Positions 19,030 to 26,461 of a DNA stretch of 32,000 nucleotides are shown here, in pieces. The translations under genes and the position numbers were made by a program. Source of the stretch: Candidatus Kuenenia stuttgartensis (GTDB lineage: Bacteria; Planctomycetota; Brocadiia; Brocadiales; Brocadiaceae); contig NZ_LT934425.1 of NCBI RefSeq assembly GCF_900232105.1, forward strand, positions 3,750,001 to 3,782,000. Reading direction: 5' to 3'. Each line of letters opens with the position of its first letter. The stretch's first letter is position 1. The notes under the pieces were generated by a model that worked only from the letters and a program-made list of their open reading frames with translations, was not told where the DNA came from and searched no databases.

Positions 19030-19942
19030 GTGGGCCTTCGTGTCTGTTGACATGGAAATTGCGAATATCTGTCGCGCTGAATGCCTTCTCTGTCCGCGCG
19101 ACTCAATAACACGGCAAACAGGCATAATGAGTGAAGAAACATTTAAAGCGATAAGTGAAAAACTCGTCAGGGAAGGAAGCCTCATAACGTTTTCCGGTAT
19201 GGGAGACCCATTATCGCATCCGATGGTATTTGAATGGATACGGGAACTACGCGGTAGTGGGGGCGATGTTGGCATTGTTGTTAATCCGGCATCATTAGGG
19301 GACACTATTTCTCCTGCGCTTGTTCAGGCAAGGCCAAATGTTATCACACTCTCTTTCCCCAGCTTGAGAAAAGATATTTTTGAAAGATTGTGCCCGGGAA
19401 CGCCTTATGATCAGGCGATAGCGCGGGCTATGGAGTTGATAAATCTATCTGCCGGAAATGTCGGACTCCGAATCACAGGGATACTCACAGAAATGAATCA
19501 GGATGAGCATGAAGCGTATGAGCGCTTCTGGAGGGACATGGGTATTCCTTCATACATGGTTGCCTGCCATGGCCGTGGCGGTAATGTAAGGGCGCCAGGC
19601 GTATATGAACGGCGTGACTATGGGGCCAAAACGGGGAATTGCGGGCTTTTCAGGTATCATACGTTTATTACGTGGGAAGGAAATGTACTTGCATGCTGCC
19701 ATGATCTTACCGGCACTGCTTTGCTGGGGAATCTCGTTGACAGCGAGATATGCGAAATCGCTGTCCGGAAAAGCAAAATGCTGAACGATGGAATATCCTT
19801 TACTGTGTGTATGCAGTGCGATGAACCATTAAGAAATTCAAATCCGCCTATTGAGGATACGCCTCCACAAAATAGAAAAGAGCGAAGGACGTTTTTCCGG
19901 AAAATGAAATTAAAAAACAGGCAACAATTTCAAAACTCCTAA
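19019..19942 (+). CDS. radical SAM protein with Cys-rich C-terminal (SPASM/twitch-like) region
   Basis: CRAECLLC (CxxxCxxC) near the N-terminus, GMGDP glycine-rich SAM motif, C-terminal CGLF...ACCHD...VCMQCDE cysteines. Overlaps the upstream gene by 11 nt. Confidence 0.75.
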   Translation: MPSEWAFVSVDMEIANICRAECLLCPRDSITRQTGIMSEETFKAISEKLVREGSLITFSGMGDPLSHPMVFEWIRELRGSGGDVGIVVNPASLGDTISPALVQARPNVITLSFPSLRKDIFERLCPGTPYDQAIARAMELINLSAGNVGLRITGILTEMNQDEHEAYERFWRDMGIPSYMVACHGRGGNVRAPGVYERRDYGAKTGNCGLFRYHTFITWEGNVLACCHDLTGTALLGNLVDSEICEIAVRKSKMLNDGISFTVCMQCDEPLRNSNPPIEDTPPQNRKERRTFFRKMKLKNRQQFQNS

Positions 19943-19943
19943 G

Positions 19944-20074
19944 CTGGCATAGCCGGAACCAAAAAAGCACGAAATACTAAAATCGTCATAAGCTTATAAT
20001 AGACCAATTTCACCATTAAATATTTTGCCAAAAAGCACGCACTGACGAATGGAAGTGTGCAAAGAAATTACTGC
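19944..20074 (+). repeat. dispersed repeat family C, copy C2
   Basis: See C1. Fills the gap between the convergent radical SAM (stop 19942) and macro-domain (stop 20068) genes. Confidence 0.8.
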
Positions 20075-20610
20075 TCTGAGATACATTCGTTCATTGCTTT
20101 TTCATATGCTTTGTATGCATCATTGTTAAAAAGCACAAATCGCACCAGGCGAATGCCTGAATGATTTTTTAAATACCCGATTACCGTTTTCAATGCGATT
20201 TTCGAGGCTTTATCAATGGGATATCCGTATGCGCCGGTACTTATTGAAGGGAATGAAATGCTTCTGACAGCATGATCAGAGGCGGCTTTCAGACTATTTC
20301 GATATGCGTTTTCAAGCAGCACCTGTTCATTTTTTTCCCCTCCCCGGTAAACGGGACCTACTGTATGAATAACATATCGCGCTTTTAAATGTCCACCTGC
20401 AGTCACCCTTGCCTCTCCGGTTGGACACCCTCCGATTTTTTTGCATTCTTCCAGTATTTTGGGTCCGCCCACCCTATGTATTGCGCCATCGACCCCGCCA
20501 CCGCCTAAAAGCGTAGTATTTGCCGCATTTACAATTGCATCAGTATCCTGCAGTGTAATATCGCCTATGGTAAGTTCAAGAGTAGAATCATTAATAACAA
20601 TTTTTGACAT
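20068..20610 (-). CDS. macro-domain protein (MacroD/YmdB-type O-acetyl-ADP-ribose deacetylase)
   Basis: GDITLQDTDAIVNAANTTLLGGGGVDGAIH and SISFPSISTGAYGYP motifs. The real start is MSKIV at 20610. The tracked N-terminal 36 codons are a read-through into MITE B2. Confidence 0.85.
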   Translation of the reverse strand: MSKIVINDSTLELTIGDITLQDTDAIVNAANTTLLGGGGVDGAIHRVGGPKILEECKKIGGCPTGEARVTAGGHLKARYVIHTVGPVYRGGEKNEQVLLENAYRNSLKAASDHAVRSISFPSISTGAYGYPIDKASKIALKTVIGYLKNHSGIRLVRFVLFNNDAYKAYEKAMNECISEQ

Positions 20611-20643
20611 AATATGATGCCTTAAAAAAAGTACAAAAAAAAT

Positions 20644-20888
20644 GTAACACTTTAGTTTTTTTGAAAAAACAAAAATACTCGTGCAATGGTAATGGAAGCT
20701 CTCGCTTCCATTTAGCAAGAATTATTCAGCTCAAAATAGGACGCCAAATATCTTGATAACATAGTGAAAAGTACAAGCTGACATAGGCCCATTCTCTTTT
20801 CCATTCGAAGCTGGAGCTTCTCAAACAATCCCGTTCCCAAGCCGGAGCTTGGAAACGAGCGGTTTTTTTCATAGAACTAAAGTGTTAC
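20644..20888 (+). mobile_element. MITE family B, copy B2 (245 bp) with perfect 8-bp TSD
   Basis: Termini GTAACACTTTAGTTTTTTTGAAAAAA ... GAACTAAAGTGTTAC. Subterminal hairpin repeat CGTTCCCAAGCCGGAGCTTGGAAACGAG. Flanked by AAAAAAAT (20636-20643) and AAAAAAAT (20889-20896). No ORF. Confidence 0.8.
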
Positions 20889-20918
20889 AAAAAAATAAAA
20901 TCACCACGGAGTAAGCAG

Positions 20919-20948
20919 TTGACAGAGATACTGATAACACCGTATAGT
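20919..20948 (+). promoter_or_regulatory. sigma70-like promoter candidate for the nitroreductase gene
   Basis: TTGACA (20919-20924), 18 bp, TATAGT (20943-20948), 60 nt upstream of the ATG. An inverted repeat ATAGTGT/ACACTAT (20944-20950 / 20970-20976) overlaps the -10. Confidence 0.35.
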
Positions 20949-21008
20949 GTGGAAATTATTGCACAGTTTACACTATCTTGAAAGAAATAACAAATCGGGG
21001 ATTTTAGC

Positions 21009-21647
21009 ATGGATGTAAGAGAAGCTATTCAAAAACGCCGCAGTATAAGAAAGTTCAAACCGGATCCGGTCCCGGATGAATTGATACTACAATTATTGGA
21101 AAGCGCCAGGCTTGCGCCTTCCGGTTCAAATACGCAACCGTGGAGGTTTATCATTGTTAGAGATAGTGAGGCAATTAAAAAATTGCAGACTGCTGCATAC
21201 AACCAGCGTCATGTTGGCCAGGCGCCGCTTATTATAGCGTGTTGCGCTGATAAAAAGGCTTTTGGAGAATTTCCCCAGAGGATAGATGAGCTGATTGAAG
21301 CAGGCGCTTTACCTGCAAAATCGCGGGAAGTATTTGTTCCGTCGTTAAAAAAAGGGGGGTTGGATCAAGATATAAAGTGGCACCTGTTAATAGCCGCAAC
21401 GGGAAATACCGATATCGCAATTGAGCACATGGTTCTGCAGGCGGTTGAGTTGGGGTTGGGTACTTGCTGGGTGAGATGGTTTGAAGATAACAAGGTGAAA
21501 GAGATTTTAGAAATACCACAAACCATTGAAATTATTGCATTACTTCCCATCGGTTATCCTGATGAGACCCCCCCTCAACGGCCAAGATTCAGTCTGGATA
21601 AAATTACTTATTATGAAAAGTATGGCTTGGGGAAAGGGCGCCAGTAA
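21009..21647 (+). CDS. nitroreductase-family (FMN-dependent) oxidoreductase
   Basis: RRSIRKF...LAPSGSNTQPWRF N-terminal signature and length (212 aa) typical of the NfsB/FRase-type nitroreductase fold. Confidence 0.85.
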   Translation: MDVREAIQKRRSIRKFKPDPVPDELILQLLESARLAPSGSNTQPWRFIIVRDSEAIKKLQTAAYNQRHVGQAPLIIACCADKKAFGEFPQRIDELIEAGALPAKSREVFVPSLKKGGLDQDIKWHLLIAATGNTDIAIEHMVLQAVELGLGTCWVRWFEDNKVKEILEIPQTIEIIALLPIGYPDETPPQRPRFSLDKITYYEKYGLGKGRQ

Positions 21648-21819
21648 ATAACCTCGACAACGACATATGAACAACTCACGACTAAAATGAAGTGGAAGTA
21701 TCCCTGTAGTAACTAAAGAGACAGCGAAAAGCTAAAGTGTTACGATTTTTCAGAAAACCAGATTATTACACTATTGTTTATCATTATCCCATTAACCCTT
21801 TTTTAGCAGGTGATTTTGT

Positions 21820-23241
21820 ATGAAGATCAATATGATTATTTTGTCTTTTATAACAATGTTTATTACACAAACAGCATCATACGCAGGCAACCAGGCGACA
21901 AACAGCGCTCTCAATGATCAGGTTTCGGTAGAGGTTGTCGTCTATAATAACAACACGGGTTTCATAAGAGACACGAGAAATATCTCCCTTCCTGTGGGTG
22001 AAGGTGAGTTATATGTGAGTGATATTGCGTCACAGATCATTCCTCAAACAGTCTCTGTTGCTTCTTTGACTGAACCTGACAAATTTTCTTTACTGGAACA
22101 AACGTTTGAATATGATCTTATAAATACAAATAAACTGCTTGATAAATATGTGGGGAAAACAATTAAACTTCAGATATGGAATAAATACCATGACAGAAAG
22201 GATACAATCGCTGCTACGCTGCTGAATAATACCGATGGCCAGATTTTCGAAATAGACAATGAACTATACTTAGAGCATCCGGGGATAAAAATCCTGCCGG
22301 AGTTGCCTGACAAACTGTTTACTGTACCTACACTCACTTGGCTTTATAAAAACACATCGGAAAAACCCCACACACTGGAGATTTCTTATCTGACGAATAA
22401 TATGAATTGGCATGCGGATTACCTTATGACCATCAACGAAGAGGAGACAGCCGCGCAATTATCCGGATGGGCAACAATAAACAATCAGAGTGGTGTACTG
22501 TATAAGAATGCCAGGTTTTCACTTGTGGCGGGAGATGTTAATCGTTTACCGGATGTTCAAAGAAAACGCGCCTTTGCAATGGCAGAGATGCAGATGGCGG
22601 TATCCCAGCAATTCGAAGAAAAGGGGTTTTTCGAATATCACACCTATAGTTTACAACGAAGTACTACCATCGGAAATAATCAAACAAAGCAAATTCGTTT
22701 ATTTGATGCATCGAATGTAACGATTCGGAAGGAATTCCTTGTACACGGAAATATGTATTCATATACAAGACCTTTCAGGGATGAAAAACAAAAACAAGAC
22801 GTAAATGTCCTTTTAAACTTTAAAAATACGAAGGAAAGTAATCTAGGTATGCCTATCCCCGGCGGCGTTATTAGATTCTTTAAACAAGACAAAGACGGCG
22901 CCATTCAGTTTATCGGCGAAGACCAAATAAATCATACACCGGTACATGAAGAAATAAAGGCAAACATTGGAAAAGCATTTGACGTAACCGTTGAACGAAT
23001 ACAGATAGATTATAAACAGATCACCACAAAAATCCACGAAACAGAGTGGGAAATTTCGATAAGAAATCATAAAGAAGAAGATATAGTAGTTGGTATTGTT
23101 GAGACGTTGCCAGGAAACTGGAGTATTATAAGCAATAGTCATCCGTATAAGAAAACAGACGCATTTACCATACGCTTTGATATTGAAGCGCCCAAAGGCA
23201 AAGAAGTGAAGGTTTCATACCGCATAAAGGTGGGATTGTAA
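21820..23241 (+). CDS. DUF4139-domain protein (MuiA-like), secreted
   Basis: N-terminal signal-like segment MKINMIILSFITMFITQTASYA. Central LSGWATINNQSGVLYKNARFSLVAGDVNR resembles the DUF4139 family signature recalled from memory. Confidence 0.6.
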   Translation: MKINMIILSFITMFITQTASYAGNQATNSALNDQVSVEVVVYNNNTGFIRDTRNISLPVGEGELYVSDIASQIIPQTVSVASLTEPDKFSLLEQTFEYDLINTNKLLDKYVGKTIKLQIWNKYHDRKDTIAATLLNNTDGQIFEIDNELYLEHPGIKILPELPDKLFTVPTLTWLYKNTSEKPHTLEISYLTNNMNWHADYLMTINEEETAAQLSGWATINNQSGVLYKNARFSLVAGDVNRLPDVQRKRAFAMAEMQMAVSQQFEEKGFFEYHTYSLQRSTTIGNNQTKQIRLFDASNVTIRKEFLVHGNMYSYTRPFRDEKQKQDVNVLLNFKNTKESNLGMPIPGGVIRFFKQDKDGAIQFIGEDQINHTPVHEEIKANIGKAFDVTVERIQIDYKQITTKIHETEWEISIRNHKEEDIVVGIVETLPGNWSIISNSHPYKKTDAFTIRFDIEAPKGKEVKVSYRIKVGL

Positions 23242-23292
23242 TGTAACGTGAAAAGAATTACGGTTGCAGCGGCATGATGACCGGCTCAAAAA

Positions 23293-23392
23293 TAAGACTA
23301 CAAAAAATAGCTCAAGCACTGGTACTGCAATATAATATGGCTATAAAACCATTTTCATCGTTTCTGGGTGTTGCAAATGCAACATGATGACT
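23293..23392 (+). repeat. about 100-bp direct repeat, left copy (family G)
   Basis: CTACAAAAAATAGCT...ATATGGCTATAAAACCATTTTCATCGTTTCTGGGTGTTGCAAATGCAACATGA, repeated at 23956-24055. Partial third copy at 24333-24385. Confidence 0.8.
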
Positions 23393-23467
23393 GATGACTT
23401 ATTTTGTCATTATAAGTGGAAGCGGATTATAAATCCGATGCTCTATCCATCATACCAAAATCACATG

Positions 23468-23682
23468 CTTGTCATTACAAGGGCATCCGCTTGTCGTTGC
23501 AAGGGTATACGCTTTGTCATTGCAAGGGTCTCTCAGCTTGTAATTGCGAGGGTCTCTCAGCTTGTAATTGCGAGGGTCTCCGCTTGTAATTGCGAGGGTC
23601 TCCGCTTGTAATTGCGAGGGTCTCCGCTTTGTAATTGCGAGGGTCTCTCCGCTTGTAATTGCGAGGGTCTTTTCCGAAGCAA
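23468..23682 (+). repeat. tandem array, 9 units of 22-25 bp (core CTTGTAATTGCGAGGGTCTC)
   Basis: Units read directly: CTTGTCATTACAAGGGCATCCG, CTTGTCGTTGCAAGGGTATACG, CTTTGTCATTGCAAGGGTCTCTCAG, then six CTTGTAATTGCGAGGGTCT(C)(TCAG/CCG) units. The last ends in ...GGTCTTTTCCGAAGCAA. Confidence 0.9.
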
Positions 23683-23684
23683 CC

Positions 23685-23827
23685 TCATAAACCGTCATAG
23701 AGCTCCTTCCATCCTGCATTCATTACATTAATTAATTCTATTTTTTTAGCCCTTGAGCCACCCTTAATTTGCTTCTCCCGCGATATGACGTTTCTTACGT
23801 CACGAAATATCTCGTAGTATACTGTGA
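23685..23827 (-). pseudogene. GIY-YIG nuclease family protein, C-terminal half only
   Basis: VYYEIFRDVRNVISREKQIKGGSRAKKIELINVMNAGWKELY matches the C-terminal consensus (LVYYEEF....A..REKQIKGWSR.KK..LI...NP.W.DL) of small GIY-YIG/URI proteins. The GIY and YIG strands are absent, replaced by repeat sequence. Confidence 0.7.
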
Positions 23828-23883
23828 TTGCTTCGGAAAAGACCCTCGCAATGACAAGCTGATGCCCTTGCAATGACAAGCTG
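23828..23883 (-). repeat. two units of the same 22-25-bp repeat in inverted orientation
   Basis: TTGCTTCGGAAAAGACCCTCGCAATGACAAG CTGATGCCCTTGCAATGACAAGCTG is the reverse complement of the array unit type. TTCCGAAGCAA / TTGCTTCGGAA form an inverted pair directly bracketing the nuclease remnant. Confidence 0.85.
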
Positions 23884-23955
23884 ATACCTTTTGGATGGCC
23901 CTATACATTTGAACCAGTACAGAAACAGAAATGCCAGATGTTTCCGACTCGGAAG

Positions 23956-24055
23956 TAAGGCTACAAAAAATAGCTTAAATATATATACTACAACACGATA
24001 TGGTTATAAAACCATTTTCATCGTTTCTGGGTGTCGCAAGTGCGACATGACGAGT
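23956..24055 (+). repeat. about 100-bp direct repeat, right copy (family G)
   Basis: See 23293-23392. The hairpin GTCGCAAGTGCGAC (24033-24046) corresponds to GTTGCAAATGCAAC (23370-23383). Confidence 0.8.
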
Positions 24056-24119
24056 GTTGTTGATGTTAATGTATAGACGCAAGCAATGCGTCTCTGCAAA
24101 AATATTGAAAATTCCTAAA

Positions 24120-24325
24120 CTGGCATAGCACGAAATACGAAACAAATTCTAACATTCTCTCCCCTTGTCCCCTTCAAAGGGGGAGAATGTTCCCCCGCTG
24201 ACGCTGGTAGAGGGGAGGAGGATTGAAATTTAGCATTTAGGACTTCACCATTAAATATTTTGCCAAAAAGCACGCACTGACGAATGGAAGTGTGCAAAGA
24301 AATTACTGCCAAGGTACTAAACGTT
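24120..24325 (+). repeat. dispersed repeat family C, copy C3 with a different, G+C-rich central module
   Basis: Ends match C2 (CTGGCATAGC... and ...CACCATTAAATATTTTGCCAAAAAGCACGCACTGACGAATGGAAGTGTGCAAAGAAATTACTGC). The centre carries CCCCTTCAAAGGGGG and GAGGGGAGGAGGATTGAAA hairpin-type sequence. Confidence 0.8.
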
Positions 24326-24341
24326 AAAATAGCTACAAAAA

Positions 24342-24385
24342 AATAGCCTGATATGCAGTACTTATCCATCGCATATCAGGCTATT
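24342..24385. other. perfect 15-bp-stem hairpin (AATAGCCTGATATGC / GCATATCAGGCTATT, 14-nt loop)
   Basis: Read directly. Preceded by the family G motif CTACAAAAAAATAGC. No following T-run, so not a classical terminator. Confidence 0.6.
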
Positions 24386-24965
24386 GAACTAACTTCAAAC
24401 ACTTCGCAGCATCCCCCCTTTCTTTTCAAAGAAGGTTTCGGAGATATCTATACTAATAACAGTAACATCTCAAAGACTACAACGCACTTTATTGTACTTG
24501 TTAATTTTTGCTGCACGGGTCTTCTTTTGATGTTACTGGCTACTTCAAAGATCATTTAAATGGAACAGGGAGCGGTCGTTTAAAAACTTATAACAAACAG
24601 CTTTTAAATCACACTTTCTTAGGCACATGTTTTCCTTCTCGACTATGCCTTGAGGAACGTTGAACCTCAATAACTCTCTCCCCGTTCCGATAGTATTATA
24701 TCACATAAATTCATTTTTACGAGGAAACCCCGAAATAAATATTTTATATGAATGTCGAGCAGCTCTTGCCCGAGTTTTCAGCTTTTGAGGTGCATGTTTA
24801 ATCGCGGGCTGTGATGGTTCAAGTATTCTATATTTCCAATGAATAAATTTGTAACATTTTATTTTGGAAAAAATCTGCCTATAGGGGATATGATTTGTAG
24901 TGGCAAGGAGTGCTTTGTCACTACATTAAATGTTTAGAAATTTTCAATATTTTTATTTAAGCAAT

Positions 24966-25093
24966 AAACAACCCAACCCCTTACCCTTCTCCATATAGAG
25001 GAATTTGATAAGTCCCCTCTTGGGAGGGGATTGAGGGGTGGGTAAAAAAGAATGCCGTTGGTTTTTTGCCTTTTAACAGCCCTACCTAATTTT
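24966..25093 (+). repeat. hairpin repeat family D, copy D1
   Basis: ...AATTTGATAAGTCCCCTCTTGGGAGGGGATTGAGGGGTGGGTAAAAAAGAATGCCGTTGG..., repeated at 25412-25547. Confidence 0.8.
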
Positions 25094-25213
25094 GCAGAAA
25101 CGCAAGCACACGTTATCCATTTAATCCAAAAGCAGGCATGTATTTTATATACACCCAAAATAGGGTATTTACAAAGGTAAATTTTAAATATATCCTTAAA
25201 AATAAGTTTTTTT

Positions 25214-25364
25214 GTAACACTTTAGTTTTTTGAAAAAGTAGGGGCGAAGTATTTGCCCGTTTGAGTATGAACCTATTTGTAACAATTTATAGCAAATGCT
25301 TCGCCTCTACACTATACGGCTAACATCGCTATTGTTTTAATTTTTCAAAAAATTAAAGTGTCAC
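25214..25364 (+). mobile_element. MITE family A, copy A1 (151 bp)
   Basis: Termini GTAACACTTTAGTTTTTTGAAAAA ... TTTTTCAAAAAATTAAAGTGTCAC. Internal long hairpin GGGGCGAAGTATTTGC/GCAAATGCTTCGCCTC. Flanks GTTTTTTT (25206-25213) and GTTTTTTA (25365-25372) make a 7/8 TSD. Confidence 0.8.
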
Positions 25365-25411
25365 GTTTTTTAAAAAAGGCATTTTTGTTTTCCTTTTTTT
25401 AGTTAAGAAAT

Positions 25412-25547
25412 GAACGAACCCACTCCAACCTTTCCCAAGAGGGGAAATTTGATAAGTCCCCTCTTGGGAGGGGATTGATGGGTGGGTAAAAAAGAACGCC
25501 GTTGAGTTTTTTACCTTTTAAAAACCCAACCTTATTTTAACCTTGAC
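25412..25547 (+). repeat. hairpin repeat family D, copy D2
   Basis: Direct repeat of D1. Core hairpin CCCCTCTTGGGAGGGG at 25458-25473. Confidence 0.8.
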
Positions 25548-25609
25548 CTCGCGATTTTAGCGTGAACGCCAGGTTTGCTGCACAATCACACAAAAGAAGG
25601 AGGTACAAC

Positions 25610-26212
25610 ATGACAAGAATTTTAGTTCTTTATTATAGCATGTATGGCCATGTCGAAACTATGGCGAAAGCGGTGGCTGAAGGCGTGCGCTCCGTCGAAG
25701 ACACAGAGGTAATCATAAAACGCGTGCCCGATCTTGTGCCGGAAGATGTGGCACGAAAGGCTGGCGCCAAGCTCGATCAGGCGGCGCCGATTGCGGAAGT
25801 GGAAGAGTTGCCGAACTACGATGCAATCATATTCGGCACGCCGACACGCTTCGGCAATATGTGCGCACAGATGCGCAATTTCCTGGATCGGACCGGTCAG
25901 TTGTGGCTAAGCGGCAGTTTGATTGGTAAGGTGGGCAGCGTGTTCATATCCACTGCCACACAACACGGCGGACAGGAGACCACAATTACCTCATTCCACA
26001 CCACATTGTTACACCACGGTATGATCATCGTGGGAGTGCCCTATTCATGTCAGGAAATAATGAACATGAGCGAAATCACCGGCGGGTCACCCTATGGAGC
26101 GAGTACTCTTGCTGATATAGATGGTAGTCGTCAGCCGTCGGAGAATGAAAAAAAAATCGCCCGTTTCCAGGGAGCTCACGTGGCGGAAATTACCAGAAAG
26201 CAAACGGCCTGA
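25610..26212 (+). CDS. wrbA: NAD(P)H:quinone oxidoreductase, WrbA type (flavodoxin-like)
   Basis: [19 protein letters not shown]...[11 protein letters not shown]...TGGSPYGAS signature. ATG at 25610 follows AAGGAGG. The tracked start 25562 is an over-extension. Clearly higher G+C than the flanks. Confidence 0.9.
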   Translation: MTRILVLYYSMYGHVETMAKAVAEGVRSVEDTEVIIKRVPDLVPEDVARKAGAKLDQAAPIAEVEELPNYDAIIFGTPTRFGNMCAQMRNFLDRTGQLWLSGSLIGKVGSVFISTATQHGGQETTITSFHTTLLHHGMIIVGVPYSCQEIMNMSEITGGSPYGASTLADIDGSRQPSENEKKIARFQGAHVAEITRKQTA

Positions 26213-26308
26213 CAACTTGCCTGGGTAATAAATAAAAAGCATTGGTGGTGTATTTGGAAATATCGGTTTCCCCATAGATCAAAACATGGTATCCATGCGT
26301 AAATATTG

Positions 26309-26461
26309 GTAACACTTTAGTTTTTTGAAAAAGTAGGAGCGAAGCATTTGCCCGTTTGAGTATGAAATTATTTATAACAATTTATAGCAAATGCTTCGCC
26401 TCCACACTATTGCGGCAAACATCGCTATTGTTGGAATTTTTCAAAAAACTATAGTATTACA
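26309..26461 (+). mobile_element. MITE family A, copy A2 (about 152 bp)
   Basis: About 90% identical to A1, same orientation. Flanked by AAATATTG (26301-26308) and AAATATTG (26462-26469), an 8-bp TSD with 1-nt ambiguity at the right end. Confidence 0.8.

Noticed and set aside
145-19305. Antisense or overlapping ORFs inside confident genes (for example 145-396, 2447-2896, 3683-4123, 5222-6544 plus-strand set, 7241-8223 plus-strand set, 10273-11258, 14327-14718, 15662-15988, 17945-18265, 18599-19305)
   Set aside because: These are shadow ORFs on the opposite strand or in an alternative frame of genes with clear family motifs. They have low-complexity or odd composition and no start-site signals.
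20068-20610. Macro-domain protein considered as a DarG-type antitoxin / defence component
   Set aside because: About 180 aa with MacroD/YmdB-type motifs only. It has no DarT (DUF4433) partner or C-terminal extension, and its neighbours are a repeat and a MITE.
23422-23456. tRNA-like segment on the minus strand (GGATAGAGCA-TCGGA-TTTATAA-TCCGC: D-arm 3' half plus an anticodon arm with a UAU-like anticodon)
   Set aside because: Only about 35 nt look tRNA-like. No acceptor stem, D-stem 5' half or T-arm (GTTCRANNC) is present. At best it is a fragment of an old integration target, and it could be chance.
23468-23682. Tandem 22-25-bp repeat array considered as a CRISPR array
   Set aside because: The units are contiguous with no unique spacers, the period is far too short, and no cas genes are present. 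It is a satellite-like array linked to the GIY-YIG remnant.
25214-26461. MITE A copies flanking wrbA considered as integron attC sites / a gene cassette
   Set aside because: No RYYYAAC...GTTRRRY core sites. Each copy has its own 8-bp target duplication and long perfect terminal inverted repeats, which indicates transposition, not IntI recombination.
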